DNA of 56,942 bases, from the NCBI GenBank assembly GCA_010093745.1, contig MU005990.1, positions 124,001 to 180,942 on the forward strand, written 5' to 3'. Shown piece by piece: positions 34,630 to 46,244 of this stretch. Position numbers and translations under genes: made by a program. This DNA comes from Piedraia hortae CBS 480.64. Its lineage: Eukaryota. Position 1 is the first letter of the stretch. Each line of letters begins with the position of its first letter. The notes beneath the pieces were generated by a model. It had not been told where the DNA came from, searched no databases, and worked only from the letters and a program-made list of their open reading frames with translations.

Positions 34630-35027
34630 ATAGCTCGGCCTGTGAATACGTAGCCGAAGCTGGTACTAACCGTGTACGATATTCGTACTTGACAAAGGAC
34701 TTCCTATTCACTATCCTAGCAGACGCGATCGGATCAGATCGCAAAAAAAGTAAATGCAGCCAACGTGTCGAGTAAAACCCTTGGGGGACTCCAAGCAAAT
34801 GTGCTCCAGCTTCAGAATAATTCGTGCTAGAAGCTGTCGATTCCGGCCGACGACAGGTGAAGGTCTGAAGTTCTGACGTTTGATAGCCCCACGTGTTCAA
34901 CGCTAACGTTTGCGGGGGAGAAGTTTTTGGTCCGACGCGAAGTTGCCCCACCATTTGTGCCTGCAGCTCTCTGCAGCTTTCATGCAAACCCCCGCAGCCA
35001 AAGTTTGACAGGAAGCTGCCGTCCACC

Positions 35028-38000
35028 ATGGCCATGGCCGCGTACATTCACGCGACACTGTATCGCTTCAACCAGGACGCCGTGCAGGCCGTCGCTTCGC
35101 ACTTCGCTGAGCTAGTCCCTGACGAGTCAGCAAAATGCTATTATGACAGCCGGCTGGACGTATGTAGCGCGCCGCTCGTGCCAGCGGTCGACTGACACGT
35201 CTCAGGTGTTTAGGCTGGAGTGTCCGACCGAGATCGGGACATTTGCTGACGAAGCGCTTGATGAAGCGATCAAGACGGTGATTCGCGATGAGCGCGCAAA
35301 GGCCGAAGAGTCGGACGATTCGGATGTAAGCACAGCGAGGGATTGAAAAGACAATGACTGATGACGGCACAGAGATCTCCCAACATCGAACCGTTCGAAG
35401 AGATGGAATTCGATGATGGCGATGACGAGGACGACGACGATCTGGACAATTTGCTCCTCGACAGCGCGTCCAACGCGAGCGGCGCCGACACGGTAGTTGC
35501 GCCCGCTGATCTACCGCCAACGCCGATGCACCTCATCATTACCGAAGAAGCCATTGCTAATCTGCAATTCTTCAACCTGGACGAGCTGCCGTTCAGCTTC
35601 CTCGAGCGTACGCTGGTTGGGACCAGCGACCACATCAAGAGGCTCCTACGCAAGGGACTCACCTGCCGCATGGTCCGACAGAATGATTACGTTTTCTATG
35701 GCCAGCAGGGAGACCCCATTCCTGACGTCAGCGAGAAAGAGGCTGACCGCATCATTTCCATGGCGCCGTTCCCCGAGGTCCAGGGCTCGTCGGAAGCTAT
35801 TGACGCGCTCAAACTAGAGGACGTGGATTCTGCGCCCAAGGAATCTGCCGTCGACAAATGGCTGAATGTTGTCCGTCAAGAAGAGCCATACGGGCCAGAC
35901 CAGCAGATTGAAGTGCCGGTAGAGGCCCAAAAGATGCTGATCCCGCATCAGAACCCGGCTCTGGGGCGTGTACGTGTACCAAAGGGTATGCCGTTTGGCC
36001 AGACGGACGAAGCCACCTCGATCTACGCCGAACAGAGCAGGCGTCCAGCTGCCGGTGCTTTTCAGAAGCTTCTGGCTCACGGCAGCAGCTCGGGCAGCTC
36101 GGGGTCGGACGATGGTTCCGATTCGGATTCGAATGCCGATCCGACGGACTTCCGCGCTCTGTTGCACGGGAAGAGCGAGGCCACAGAGGCCCAAGGGAAG
36201 AACGAGGCCCCAGAAGTCCAAGGAAAGAACGAGGCCCCGGGGGCCCAGGGGCCGTCGAAGCCTTCCTTTCGCGATGTTATGTCGTCTTCGGATCAAGCCA
36301 GCGAAATCGGGCGAGCCACTTCCCCCAATCAAGCCAGTACGATCGACCGGTCGCAAACGCAAACGCAAACGCAAACGCAGACGCCCGACCAGTACACTTC
36401 TCGCGCTTCAACAGCGGCCATCCACATGGACCGGGGCTTGGATCCAAAGCCGCTTCCATCCTACGGCAAGTCCTGGGCGAAAACCGATTCCTACGGCTTG
36501 CGCGCAGATGCCAGCAGCCAAGCACAGTGGGACATGGCGTATGGCAAAGCGCCGCGGAAGCCGCGCAAGGCCAAGATCCAGCTGGCAAACCCGCGATCAG
36601 CGGCGTCACAGTCCAATGCGTCGACAGGAACCGCCTCGCGCATGAGTACCGTCACCAACTCACAGAACTATGCTCCTGGTTCCGGCCTGCCCCCGTCGGA
36701 GGCAAGTACTGCTCCCGAGAACCAACCGTGGGCGAGGAATATCGTACAAAAGACGGCTCCATCTGGCCTGCCTCTCTTGGAGTCCTTGCCAATACGCCAA
36801 CCCAGGCTGAATGGTGCGCTGTCCAATGGCCAGGGTCTACGTGAGAACTACGGCAACGGCTTTCAACAGAATCACGATCAATATCAGCCTTTCAGGCAGC
36901 TGCCTCCTGGTCTTCGCGCCCAGCCAGGTTTACAGCCTCCGCCAGGTCTTCAGCCACCGCCCGGGTTTTCGTTCTCGACTGAAGCGGGTGCTCCCCCAAG
37001 CGTTGGCCCGAGCGAAGTAAAGGATTCCGAAGATCTGATCGATCTGAGTGATGACCGAGACGTGGCCATGAACAATGGCTTCGATGAACGCTTGGCGTAC
37101 GAATCAGACCAGCCGGTCAAGCGGTACACGATGGGCCAAAAGGCTCAAAAGAAGAAGAAAAAGCTTAGCCAACCTTCGACCATTGCGCAGGTCAATCTAC
37201 CGCTGCCAGACCCTCTGCCCAAGCCCAAGGCAATGGCGCCTGTACCTATCAAGAAGCCCAATGTTGCCGCCCCGCGCGTTCCTGCCGGTGATTCGGTGAG
37301 TGCGGCCATTACCAATGAATTGGGCACTCTTCTCACGCGTTGCCAGTCAAACTGGCCAGACGCAGTGGTGGAGGTCCAATTCTGTCAGATTTTGACTCGC
37401 CACCGCAAGGATCTGCGTAAAGTCACGGTGAAAATCGAGAGGGCTCGCGAGGAACTCGCTCAGGTGCCTCCCGAGAAAATCACGGCAATACGTCGGCTGA
37501 CGACGGCTATTGGGGATGCCCGGTATCTGCTCGATTTCGCCAAGGGCGACGTCGCAACGCGTTCCGTTTACGAGTTTCGCCTCAGGACGGGCCCATCGAC
37601 GCTGCTACGCGTGACGGCTTCTTCTAACGGGAAGGAAGTGCTCCAAGTGCGCTCCGAAGCAGGCCGCATCGCCAACGCATACCTTCACTACCCAGTCCGC
37701 GTCTGGGACGCCCATGCTTCCGTTCGTAAAGAGATCGCCACACTCCCGCCAATGTTTGACGAGTTTCTCAAGTCTCTGACGGTGAAGCTGACGGACGAAG
37801 GGTGTCTGGATGTATCCGCTACGGTGCCTATGCGCGAATTCAGCGTTGACAAGATCATTGCCAAGCGCGAATACTCTAGGCGTTTGCCGAGTGGTACTCT
37901 CGTGGTGACGGAAGTGCAGGATCTTTTCTCTGTCGACGGCTCAAAGCAGGAGTCAGCGCCGCCATCGCAGCCCTCCCTGCAGCGTTATGTGAAAGAACAG

Positions 38001-38300
38001 AAGCCGGTGGCTATCAAGACCATCAATTTCAAGAGCATTCCGCCGATCGGGATGATGGAGGAGCAGCGTTTGTGGTGGGAAGGCAAAGTTGTCTTTGACA
38101 ACGCTACCGATGCTAGCGACGTGTTTGGGACGGCCACGCGCTTCATCACTAACATGGATGGCGTCGGCTTCCACAACGCCGGTCCCTGGACGAGAAAAGG
38201 TGAAGGTAAGGGGTCCCATTGAACGGTGCTGGTAGGCCACATGGCTAATGTAACTGTTCATTTAGACGAATACCCTCATCGGGAAGTTAGACGCTGGTAA
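35028..38300 (+). CDS. Uncharacterised ~1040-aa fungal protein; exons 35028-35159, 35206-35325, 35373-38205, 38266-38300
   Basis: A 953-codon ORF extended by three frame-preserving GT-AG introns with branch sites. Low-complexity middle (EA.E.QGKN x3, QT repeats) and a globular C-terminus ending MDGVGFHN...RW. Confidence 0.75.
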
Positions 38301-38676
38301 CTGGATGGACGACTACCGGGCATATTTAATCAATGCAGCATATCCTGTTTGATAGACGGTCGCTGGCTACGAAAGCAATGGTAGTTAGATGAACGAATCA
38401 TGCTCATGCCATGTCTTGTTCCCAGTTAACTAACGTGCTGTAAAGACGATCATGGCTGCGGTTACACGAACGGAATGATGACGAGTTTTACTCACAACTA
38501 CCGTGTTGTACAACGAAACCTCCCGCTATCCGACTAACGTCTGAGGTAGCCAGGCACCAGGTTCCGCCCAGAAGTAGCGTAAGTCACAATCGTGGAGAAA
38601 AGACCGAGCCGTCGTACAATCTACCCTGTCTCTCCTCGCCCATTCATCTCATCTGCCTCGCTCCACCGTCGAAGAC

Positions 38677-39155
<479 letters not shown>

Positions 39156-40306
39156 TCAAGGCTTGGCGTGTTGTGGGAGCTAGTGGGTCGGGCCGAAAAG
39201 ACGTCACGACGTCACTTCGTGCTGAATCCTTGGAACGGAAACATGGGTGAGGTTGCTACGGGTATTCGAGGCGGAGTCAAGTTAGGGGGGCAGCTTATTG
39301 CTGGGGTGTAACGACGATTTGGGGGGAAGGGGCCTTGAGGGAATTTCGGCGCCATAGCTCCCTTACGAATGTGTACGCGGAAGGATGACCTACACCAACC
39401 TACGAATGACTGGCTGTGGCAGTGAAGGTGGAATAGAACCTGTCAGCGACTTCATCACCTTGGTCACTTCATCTTACGTGATGCGTTGAGTACCGAGCAT
39501 TCAGACTTGTGGATCAGCCTGAAAGAGGGCTGACCATGGCGAGAAATCTGATATGGCGTGATGCGGTTCTGTGGCTCTCCAACCTTGATTAATACTCGGC
39601 CTCGTTTCTGGCAAGTGAGGGTGCTGCACTGCTGAAGAGGTATACTGCTGCCCCCTGATCACGGCAATCGTCTGTACTGCCCTCACCCTCGAACGTCGCG
39701 TGGCCATTTCTGTTTAAGGGTGGCAGAACTTAGCTTAGTTTTTGTCCTAGTCAAGACAGACAGTTGTCCTACCATACAATTTGTCACTAATGCTGTCTCA
39801 AATAAAGCTTGGTAGCCTGATCTGTCCAATATTGAAGCAGGATTAGAAGTAAAGCTGTGAAGTATTACACCCCTGGCTTCGGCTTCACATCCACACCCGT
39901 GGACTGGAAGGTTACACGACCTTTTTCCATCAAGCTTCTGGTTGAAGCAAATCGCTGTCAATGTTTGAAATCGCGAAGCAAATGTCCGCATCAATCTGAT
40001 CACAAGCCTCCATACCTTGGACCCTCGGTGATCAGCACGAGTGATTAACCGGACGCGGAGGCTGGTTGAACCCAACACGCGTGTGAACCAAACACGCGGG
40101 CTCGGAACCACGACAGCGGGATGATCATGGCTGTCTTCTCTTCCGTGATGCAACGCTAATGCATTTTGCGGCCATCATCCCTTCCTCACATGCCGACCGT
40201 AGCATGTGGCATCTGCAGGGGTTGAGGCGATGCGCAATTTGTGGCAATTCCCGCCACACAAAACGCGCATCGTTGAACATTTACAAACACAGCCATCTAA
40301 CCAAAT

Positions 40307-41035
40307 ATGAGCAGTATAGTCAAGCTCCTCTGGGCAGTCAGCACATTGTGCGAAGCGGTTCCCCTCGGGCAATCGCTGCTCTCCACACCATCGTCCTCGG
40401 ATGGGCGACCCAGCATCTACAACTCCGCAGTGATGGCGAGGCGCATCATGCATCTCTCTTCGATTGGAACGCTGGTAACCACGTTTCCCCCGGCATCTGA
40501 TGAGGCCTCTGTTGAAGAAACCCGCCCTGACTCAGTCGCCGGATCGCCGATCGGGCTAATGGAGTACTTTGCCGATTGTGAGCCGGAAAGCGGAAACCCT
40601 ACCCTACTCGCCATCAACCTTGCGTCGCCCTACAAAAATTACGCCTCTGGGAGCAAAATCAGCCTCCATATCCGCTGGTGGCCTATTCAAACAAAACACT
40701 ATCCCATAGCAGAGGAGTCTGACGATATCCCAACCCCACATACACCCGCCGCGCTTCCCCGCTTCAGCCTCCATGGCCGCCTGGAGGATATTCCTCAGGA
40801 TGAAGTGCGTGATAAGAGCATCGATAAGTGCTTCCTAAAATCCCACCCGGATAGCCAGCTTTGGCAGCCGGGGAACGACATCCACACGTCAAAGTATGTT
40901 CGATTTGTGGTCGAGCAGGTCTACTGGTTTGGAGGCTTCGGAGACCGCGCAAGAATCTTATGGTTACCCATGGATGTGTGGAGGAATGTTACCATGCAGG
41001 AGATTGAGAAGGTGAGGTTGCCTGGGGAGGAGTGA
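40307..41035 (+). CDS. Secreted CREG-like FMN-binding split-barrel protein
   Basis: Signal peptide, with the motifs ARRI..L..IGTL.T.FP, GLMEYFADC...GNPT, PRFSL.G.L, C..HPD...W.PGN.IH, YWFGGFGDRA.I.W. Confidence 0.85.
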   Translation: MSSIVKLLWAVSTLCEAVPLGQSLLSTPSSSDGRPSIYNSAVMARRIMHLSSIGTLVTTFPPASDEASVEETRPDSVAGSPIGLMEYFADCEPESGNPTLLAINLASPYKNYASGSKISLHIRWWPIQTKHYPIAEESDDIPTPHTPAALPRFSLHGRLEDIPQDEVRDKSIDKCFLKSHPDSQLWQPGNDIHTSKYVRFVVEQVYWFGGFGDRARILWLPMDVWRNVTMQEIEKVRLPGEE

Positions 41036-42327
41036 GGTGAAATGATGTGGATGTCGTATTTGAAGGGTGTGCATGTAGGAAAGTTGAATTCGATCTTGAT
41101 GGTTGCATTGCAGTTGGTTGGGTCTTCATTATTTTGATCGACTTGATTGGGAATGTCGACACGACGATAGATACCCGCAGATCGCTTGGCACGGGCCACA
41201 AGAGGATTGTTTGTGGAACGGCCCGTGCCCGTAGCTCCACTTTCTGATCCTTTATAGGAACTAGGTTCACATCCCTGAGCATGGCCTTAAGATTCATACA
41301 AGTTATTTGTTGAAGTGTCAACTTCTTCCTGGTGGTAGTTCGACTGCTTTGATGTCATGTAGTCCCTTAAAAGGAGTGGAGCCTCCTCCCCTCTGATATA
41401 GACAGGGAGATTTACGTTTGGCCAGTTGAGGAGGGGAGAGGGAAAAAGCAATCCAACTAGGAGTCCAAATACACGGCTGTCTAAAGGCCGGCAAAGAAAT
41501 GTGTCCTCTACCTCGAGCAGCTGACGAGAAGCGAAACCAGGATTCTTCAGTTCTTTGTTGGTCTACCCGCCGATCCTCTTGTTCAAAGGGGCTATGAGCC
41601 CTAGCAGGCCCGAAGGTCCAATTCTTTGTCGTCCACCTTGAGACTGTGGAGATGGTTGGTTATCAAAGAGAAGAATAAGCTTGTCGAACAACACACCAGG
41701 CTCCCCATAATCTGCTTGGTGCGTTTGATGGAGCTCCGCATGGTTCCACCAGCCTCCAGATCCCAGAGGTTGTGTCGTAATCAGTGAAACGCAATTACCA
41801 GCGTGGGTAAGCCAAATAGCCGAGCAATGGGTGAGTTTGGTCAGATACAGCCAGACCCTGTCCATGAGGCATAAAGGGCCTCCTATTAGGAGCGACGTGT
41901 TATAGCTTATAGAGAAATTGAGATAACTTATTGTTAATTGCACTTCGTGAAAGGCCTTTCGCAATACACTTAACACCTTGTGTAACACAGCATGCACTTT
42001 TGTGTAATTCAAGAAAATTTGGCAGTTTGTGAAAATTTCTGCATACTTTAGCGAGGGTATTGTCCAAGATGTGAAGGTTTTGGTGTATCTATGGACAATC
42101 TTCGTGTACCGCACCGACAAATCTCGTAATTCTGCCGATTGAGTATGTCACGTGACATCACCGATCGATACACTACAAACCCAAAGGCTGAGAGAATAGC
42201 AGTAATCCTGCCCAAAGGATCTGAAAGGACACGATCACGAAGACAACTCAGCGGACTCTCACAATGTAGAGGAGGTAAACAGATGAAGAAAGAAAAAATG
42301 ACAATGTACACCAGCTATTCCTCATCT

Positions 42328-43095
42328 CTAAGCCTGACACCCACTAACCTCCGAAGTCCACCCCACAAGCCTATTCGCAATATCCGAGCTGTAGCAGTTT
42401 GTAGCCGCACCAGCGGTCGAAGTAAGATCGCCTCCAGCGGGGATACTCCCGCTATTGTAAATCCTCGCCGCTTTATAAAAACGACTGACATCAGTACTTC
42501 CAGCCTGCGCAATTCCTCCCTGGAGGGAATAAACCGACGAGCTCGCCGTTCCCTGAACACCATCAGTGATCATGCCCTGGAGCCGGTCGAGGGGGCATGG
42601 AGTTGTAACCTGAGCGCCAGAGTTGCAGCTGTGGCTGCCCTCGTGGCTTTGCATCAAACCCGGGTTACTGACCGAGTATGACGTCGTCGGTACGCGGACG
42701 CAGCCGCCGGATTCTTGGAGCACGATGGCGAGAATGAACCTCGCATCGACCCCGGATGAAGCTGCAGAGGAGAGAATGGCTGCCTGTAGCGCTACTAGTT
42801 CCGAGGGAGAGTTGCTTGGGACGTTGAAGCTGGCACAGGAGGTTTTAAGGCGGGCGAGGTTCATGTTCCAGGCTTCGCTGAAGCTGCTGACCCAGCTGCT
42901 CTGTGCGGGCCAGCCCTGCGCTACAGTTCCATCACCTTTGTAGACCGTGTAGCCGCTGAAGGGCTTTGGCAGTGGCGCTGCAGTTGGCATTGCAACTCCC
43001 GAAGTGGTGTTCGAGTAGAAGCCAGGACCAGCTGGCAGAGCGTTGATGAGGAGTGAAAAGCCCAGAGTTGCAACTGCGAACGTAAAGATGCCCAT
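42328..43095 (-). CDS. Secreted lysozyme-like / soluble lytic transglycosylase-fold protein
   Basis: Signal peptide, GVDARFILAIVLQESGG (putative catalytic E), NPGLMQSH and AARIYNSG. Confidence 0.8.
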   Translation of the reverse strand: MGIFTFAVATLGFSLLINALPAGPGFYSNTTSGVAMPTAAPLPKPFSGYTVYKGDGTVAQGWPAQSSWVSSFSEAWNMNLARLKTSCASFNVPSNSPSELVALQAAILSSAASSGVDARFILAIVLQESGGCVRVPTTSYSVSNPGLMQSHEGSHSCNSGAQVTTPCPLDRLQGMITDGVQGTASSSVYSLQGGIAQAGSTDVSRFYKAARIYNSGSIPAGGDLTSTAGAATNCYSSDIANRLVGWTSEVSGCQA

Positions 43096-45031
43096 TTTGA
43101 TGATGGCGAACTTGCCTTTTGGTTATTCAAATGATTGTATGCTAGTGAGGAATGCTGGTTTAATGTGATATAGAAGGCGTTGGGGGAGTGCAATTATATA
43201 TCGGCCCTGGTGCTGTTGAGACAATAAACAATATCAACATCTATATTGAACTCGATGTACTCTTCTTGCAATGGCATTGTGATCGCACAATTCATCCACA
43301 AGGACACATTGTTCTTTTACCGTCTTTGTCAGGTCATGCCCTTGTTCGACAACCAGAGAAATATTGTGAAAAACGCTCCCCATAGAAAAGAAAGACAAAG
43401 AGCAGTTCCATTCTCCCGTGAAGATGTGTACTGATGAACTAGTAGAACCTCTCAGCTTCGCTGTACAGAGCGAAGTCAAGACACATCACTGTAATGCTTC
43501 TTTCTCGGCCAGACCTGGATGTCGGATGAAGGATAATCCTTATGTCAGTGGTACGTTCAAGTGCTCTGCTCATTAACTGTCTTGTGGAAAGGTTGCATTG
43601 CGCTCATATCGTGACACTAATGTCCCCAACGTTGAAGGTTCAAGATAGATATGTTATTGCCTCTGAGCTAGTGTCAAAAGGATGTAGCACCCACCATGAT
43701 TAGAACCATAGATAGAAGTCGAAACTTCTCAGGGTTTTTACCTCTATAGAGGAAGTTTTCCCTGCGACGGGTCATTGTCTCGTTCATGCTTAAGGGCATG
43801 GTTCGCTGACGTTGTCCTGGCAAATGCGGTTAGACTAAGGTAGTGTGGGGGAGGTTTCGAACCTCACCTCATAGAGAGAGACAATTACATTTTCACCTTT
43901 TTCAGTAAAAGTTGAGTGAAAACTTTCGTTGTTGACATCCACTCCGCTCTAGTCCTCGGAGGTTCACCCCTCCGACAGCTAGTTAGCTCAAGTTCTTGCT
44001 CCCGAGGATCTTGTGACTGGTTCCAAGATACATTGCCTCTCGAGAGCACTCACATTCCCTTTTTTCATCAGATCTGCTCAGGTGAGCTTTGCGGACTGAG
44101 GCTTTGCAAGTGGATTGACGTCTCTGCTGAATTCCTATGTCGGGCGAAGGACGGCGAAAGCATCCTCATATGCGTGAGCAGTTGTAGGTGTACCTAACGC
44201 CGGCATTGCCCTTTTGTGGTTAGGCAGCGCCACAATCGCATATCTGCAAGCATGCGGAACTACATCACGACACGTCAGATCTACTATCGACTATACGTCC
44301 ATTTCTTTACACTAATACACTGGTAGGCCAAACGTCAGCACCATTGGTGATTAATAATGGATATCTCAGTTTGTGGCCGTCATTGGAAAACTGCATAGTG
44401 GAATATTTCTACTATGAAGCGTAGGCCCCACCCACCCACTACCACTGTCCTGACTCCTATCTTGCATCGGTCCCGGAGGGTTGGGACTAGAATACTTTGC
44501 GTAACCAAATCAATATAGGCAGAAATTCCGATTGGCTAGACGCCAACCATGACGCCACGAGACAGGAGTGCCTTTGATTTGTGACGACTTTGAGGTGTCA
44601 GCAAGGCTCCGACACAGAAACGAATGGTATACACATCTGCTTCTATGCCGATAATGTTTGCCATACCGCCGGTAAACCTTGAAGCGTTGGATTGGTTGAG
44701 AACATTGGAACAAGGTGATAGCGCGAATACGTGCGATATTGCGTCGATCGATGGAGGCCTCTGAGTTCACTACGAAACCGTTATATTCGATTTCTTACCA
44801 TCAAGGCTATATTTCTCATGATGTAGTGCTTGATCAACATCAGGTGGACGGTATCACGGTGACATGCAAGAGACTTCTCATCAGCCGGCCACCCGATGAC
44901 CACCCACGAATCGCAAACGTGCTTCAAAATATCCCTGTTAGAGGCACGCCTTCTTTGCCTCCTTATTGCCTGCCAATTAGTAGAGCCTTAATTGGCAGAT
45001 AAAGGCGTAGTAGCCTCCCTCGCTTTCCACC

Positions 45032-45748
45032 ATGTCTGAATCTAACAGAACCAATAACACGCCATTCAACAAATGCAACGACCATACTACAAATGGAAGT
45101 GTTGAGGCGATAACCCCATGTGATTCTTCAAACTTGCCACTGCATGGCTCCGTCGATGCCACATCAACCGCAAGTCACCCAGAACCACGCCAGCCACGGA
45201 GGCGGTCGAACCAACAGACACGCCAGGAAGATGATCGGGATCAGAGGCGTAGATTGCAAAACAACGAGGCCCAGAGGCGAAGACGGGCACTTGATGTGGT
45301 GAATAGAAGGCATGTTCAGGAATTTCGCGAGTTCACTAAGAGGGTATGTTCGTACCTTGCGCGCCAACGGGAAAGCGGGAATCTGGACTTGGACGGAGTC
45401 GCGTTAGAGACCACGGCTAACGAGCTTCTGAACCGTACAAGACCGTTATCCCAGCGAAATTCAGCGGCGAACATCAGGCCCATGGCATCGGCAAACACCA
45501 CTAGCTACCAAAGAGTGCCTGCTGATGTTGAATTTCTGCATTATATTGCCAATCTGGGACACAATGATTTTGACTCTGGTCCCGCGGAGCCGACAGAGGC
45601 TGGATCGACATTCAATGACCAAGACCTGGAAGAATTGAGGGCGCAAGATCCGGTGTTGTCCTCCTATCTTGACTTTCAGAACTGGACTCGCAGTTTTGAG
45701 CCTGATCTCAGTACTGCTGGCTTCCAGTTTCGTGAGGGCAATCAATAA
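45032..45748 (+). CDS. bZIP-like basic-region protein, copy 1
   Basis: QRRRLQNNEAQRRRR fits N-x7-R. No clear leucine zipper. Confidence 0.65.
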   Translation: MSESNRTNNTPFNKCNDHTTNGSVEAITPCDSSNLPLHGSVDATSTASHPEPRQPRRRSNQQTRQEDDRDQRRRLQNNEAQRRRRALDVVNRRHVQEFREFTKRVCSYLARQRESGNLDLDGVALETTANELLNRTRPLSQRNSAANIRPMASANTTSYQRVPADVEFLHYIANLGHNDFDSGPAEPTEAGSTFNDQDLEELRAQDPVLSSYLDFQNWTRSFEPDLSTAGFQFREGNQ

Positions 45749-46244
45749 GACCTTCTCATGAATACTGACATCAATACCTGATTCTATGCAATGTAACCGC
45801 TGTGGAGTTCCAGGGCTTGTTTCATGGGCTTCCTTCGAGTTGTATGGTACTTATATGTTCGCAAAGGCGCGCTTGGCTTGGCTTGGCTTGGCTTGTAGTA
45901 GAAGCTCATTCCACTGTGCCAAGATCTCGTCCGCTTATATCTAGGTTTCCACCATGCTTGCAAGGTGATGTCATCTTGCTTCTAGTAGCAGTTGATGGTG
46001 GCGTCGCCATTTCCTCAGCGAGGCAAGCCATACTGAGGTCAGATAATTCAAAGATCGCCTTAATAGCCCCCTACCAGGAGCATCGCAGGTCCGCGACATG
46101 AATGCATCTTTAGCGAACGCCGCTACATTCAGCTTAGGCTGCAGCCAAATGCCGTGGCCCGCTCAGTTAAGCTGAAGTACTACATTGAAGCATTAGCGTT
46201 TCGCCTGGACGTCTACGCTTGATACAGCTTGATGCAAGTTCCAG

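Noticed and set aside
41512..41570. Hammerhead-like core CTGACGA-GAAGC-GAAAC...GGTC
   Set aside because: Stem II is only 1 bp and stem I does not pair convincingly (CGAGCAG versus TACCCG). It also lies antisense to a long open frame, so it is probably coincidental.
45871..45895. (GCTTG)5 microsatellite
   Set aside because: Ordinary simple repeat.
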